Shown here: in pieces, positions 34,791 through 35,989 of the stretch
Layout of the letters: each line of letters starts with the position of its first letter
Numbering within the stretch: position 1 is the stretch's first letter
The notes under the pieces: model-generated
The model's database searches: none
What the model saw: the letters and a program-made list of their open reading frames with translations, nothing else
Told to the model about the DNA's origin: nothing
Translations under genes and position numbers: made by a program
Assembly (NCBI GenBank): GCA_002256025.1
Contig: NKIB01015426.1
Span: forward strand, 1 to 35,989
Source: Asterionella formosa
Taxonomy: Eukaryota
Direction: 5' to 3'
Length of the DNA stretch: 35,989 nucleotides

Positions 34791-35043
34791 GGAAATATGG
34801 ACGTACAAGATACAGACGATGAATGGATTAAAGTACAAGGAAAGAAAAAGAAGAAAGAAGCCACTTCCACAGTGAAGGCTACGTGGCTGAATGAGTAGGT
34901 ATATATACACAGTTAACATGAGTTCTGCTCATTCTTTACTAATTATCGGGTTTACATTGATAAAGCCTCCCCTGTAGACTGTCTTCTGTCCATTGTTGTC
35001 TTACAGACACAATAGAATACAGTCCGAACTTGTGAATGTAACA
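34786..35043 (+). repeat. 3' LTR (258 bp)
   Basis: TGTTGGGAAATATGG...GAATGTAACA, followed by the TSD ATACC. Confidence 0.95.
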
Positions 35044-35339
35044 ATACCGATCATTTGAGAAGGACAAGTGCACGATGTCAATACAAGAACAACAGCAAAA
35101 TGCTAGCAGCTCCTCGTGGTGAACTCGTACATGAAACTACTGGTAATACTGATTTTACAGATGAGTCTAATACATGTGGTTCAAGTGTGGCTGGCGTACC
35201 ATGGAGTAGCCCCTTTTTAAACTATTTTTGCGGTAGTTACGAATCTATGATACATAACTGCCACTTCTCTCCAGAAATGGGGTCCTTACCATATCTCTAT
35301 ATAGATCATACCCCTAAGTCGACCCATGACTGTATCTAA
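35044..35339 (+). pseudogene. Kolobok-type transposase, 3' part
   Basis: Removing the Copia and one TSD copy gives the in-frame sequence CKNCEHTDHLRRTSARCQYKNN (C-x2-C-x4-H-x7-C knuckle). Confidence 0.75.
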
Positions 35340-35989
35340 GCATATGCAAAGTGGTCGTATTGGTGAAAGCTAATTTTACCTTTAACTATTCTATTTAGTT
35401 GGACGTACTGTGTGGATTGAAGTACATACTAAAATTATTTTGGAAAAAAACAGACCTCGTGATGTGTAACTGCGGGGCCGCAACCTTAATATCCACTGGT
35501 CAAATGGATTGTGACTGCTTTTTTGAAACAAAGAACGATGCATTGAGCATGCTGTGACAACGAGTATCCAAAATAATATGTACCAGTAATCTTTATTACC
35601 GGTATATTTTATTCCTTGAACATAATTCCGTGCTATATAGGATCTATGGTTTTCTATCTACACAAATCGAGCATACTCAGGACTCATCACATACCAGGTA
35701 GTAGGGGATGCGTTCGGTTCTGAAACTACCGGTATTTTGTCATCCGGATACCGGCACGTTAAGTTACATCAAGGTGCCGATTTGTACCCTGATGGTATCA
35801 GGTACCAATGGTACCTGGTACCAGGGTAACTACAGGTAGAGGGTTGAATGATTAGAAACGGAATACCGGGAACGTAGTCGTAAAAAATTAAACTCCCAGT
35901 TAAACCCGTAGTGGAAGCTAGCACTAGTAGTTTACTACTACTCCAGTACAGTGCACAAAGCTATTCTTTGCGACAATACCGGTTGTGGT

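Larger units (their letters stand above)
30270..35043 (+). mobile_element. Ty1/Copia LTR retrotransposon (CoDi-like), both LTRs present, internally defective
   Basis: TG..CA LTRs; 5-bp TSD ATACC (30265-30269 and 35044-35048); PPT-like CACAGGAGTG (34776-34785); gag-PR-IN-RT-RH order. Confidence 0.95.
27967..35485 (+). mobile_element. Kolobok-type DNA transposon, both ends present (~2.7 kb without the nested Copia)
   Basis: TTAA at 27963-27966 and 35486-35489. Left end GGTTGTGGCCC; right end (reverse complement) GGTTGCGGCCC. Contains a KolX-like gene and Kolobok-type transposase motifs. Confidence 0.8.

Overview
Eukaryotic nuclear DNA, most likely a diatom. This rests on GT-AG introns, bipartite plastid-targeting peptides, a CoDi-type Copia element and TTAGGG repeats. 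There are two assembly gaps (5514-6259 and 16037-16431). The intact host genes are an orphan acidic protein (3473-4249, -) and a head-to-head pair of predicted plastid-targeted RNA-metabolism genes: a PPR protein (10857-12720, -, one intron) and an NYN ribonuclease with SAP and wHTH-like repeats (13810-15951, +). Most of the rest is decayed or mobile DNA: an LRR receptor-like pseudogene, palindromic minisatellites, a truncated PIF/Harbinger transposase, a 1.1-kb segment bounded by outward-facing telomere repeats, an ARM-repeat/IRAK-like kinase/RING-like pseudogene with an inverted ARM paralogue, and a Gypsy relic. It also holds a fully delimited Kolobok-type DNA transposon (27967-35485; TTAA TSD, TIRs, KolX-like gene and deleted transposase), into which a Copia LTR retrotransposon (30270-35043; ATACC TSD) has inserted. 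All family assignments come from motif recognition by eye, not from database searches.
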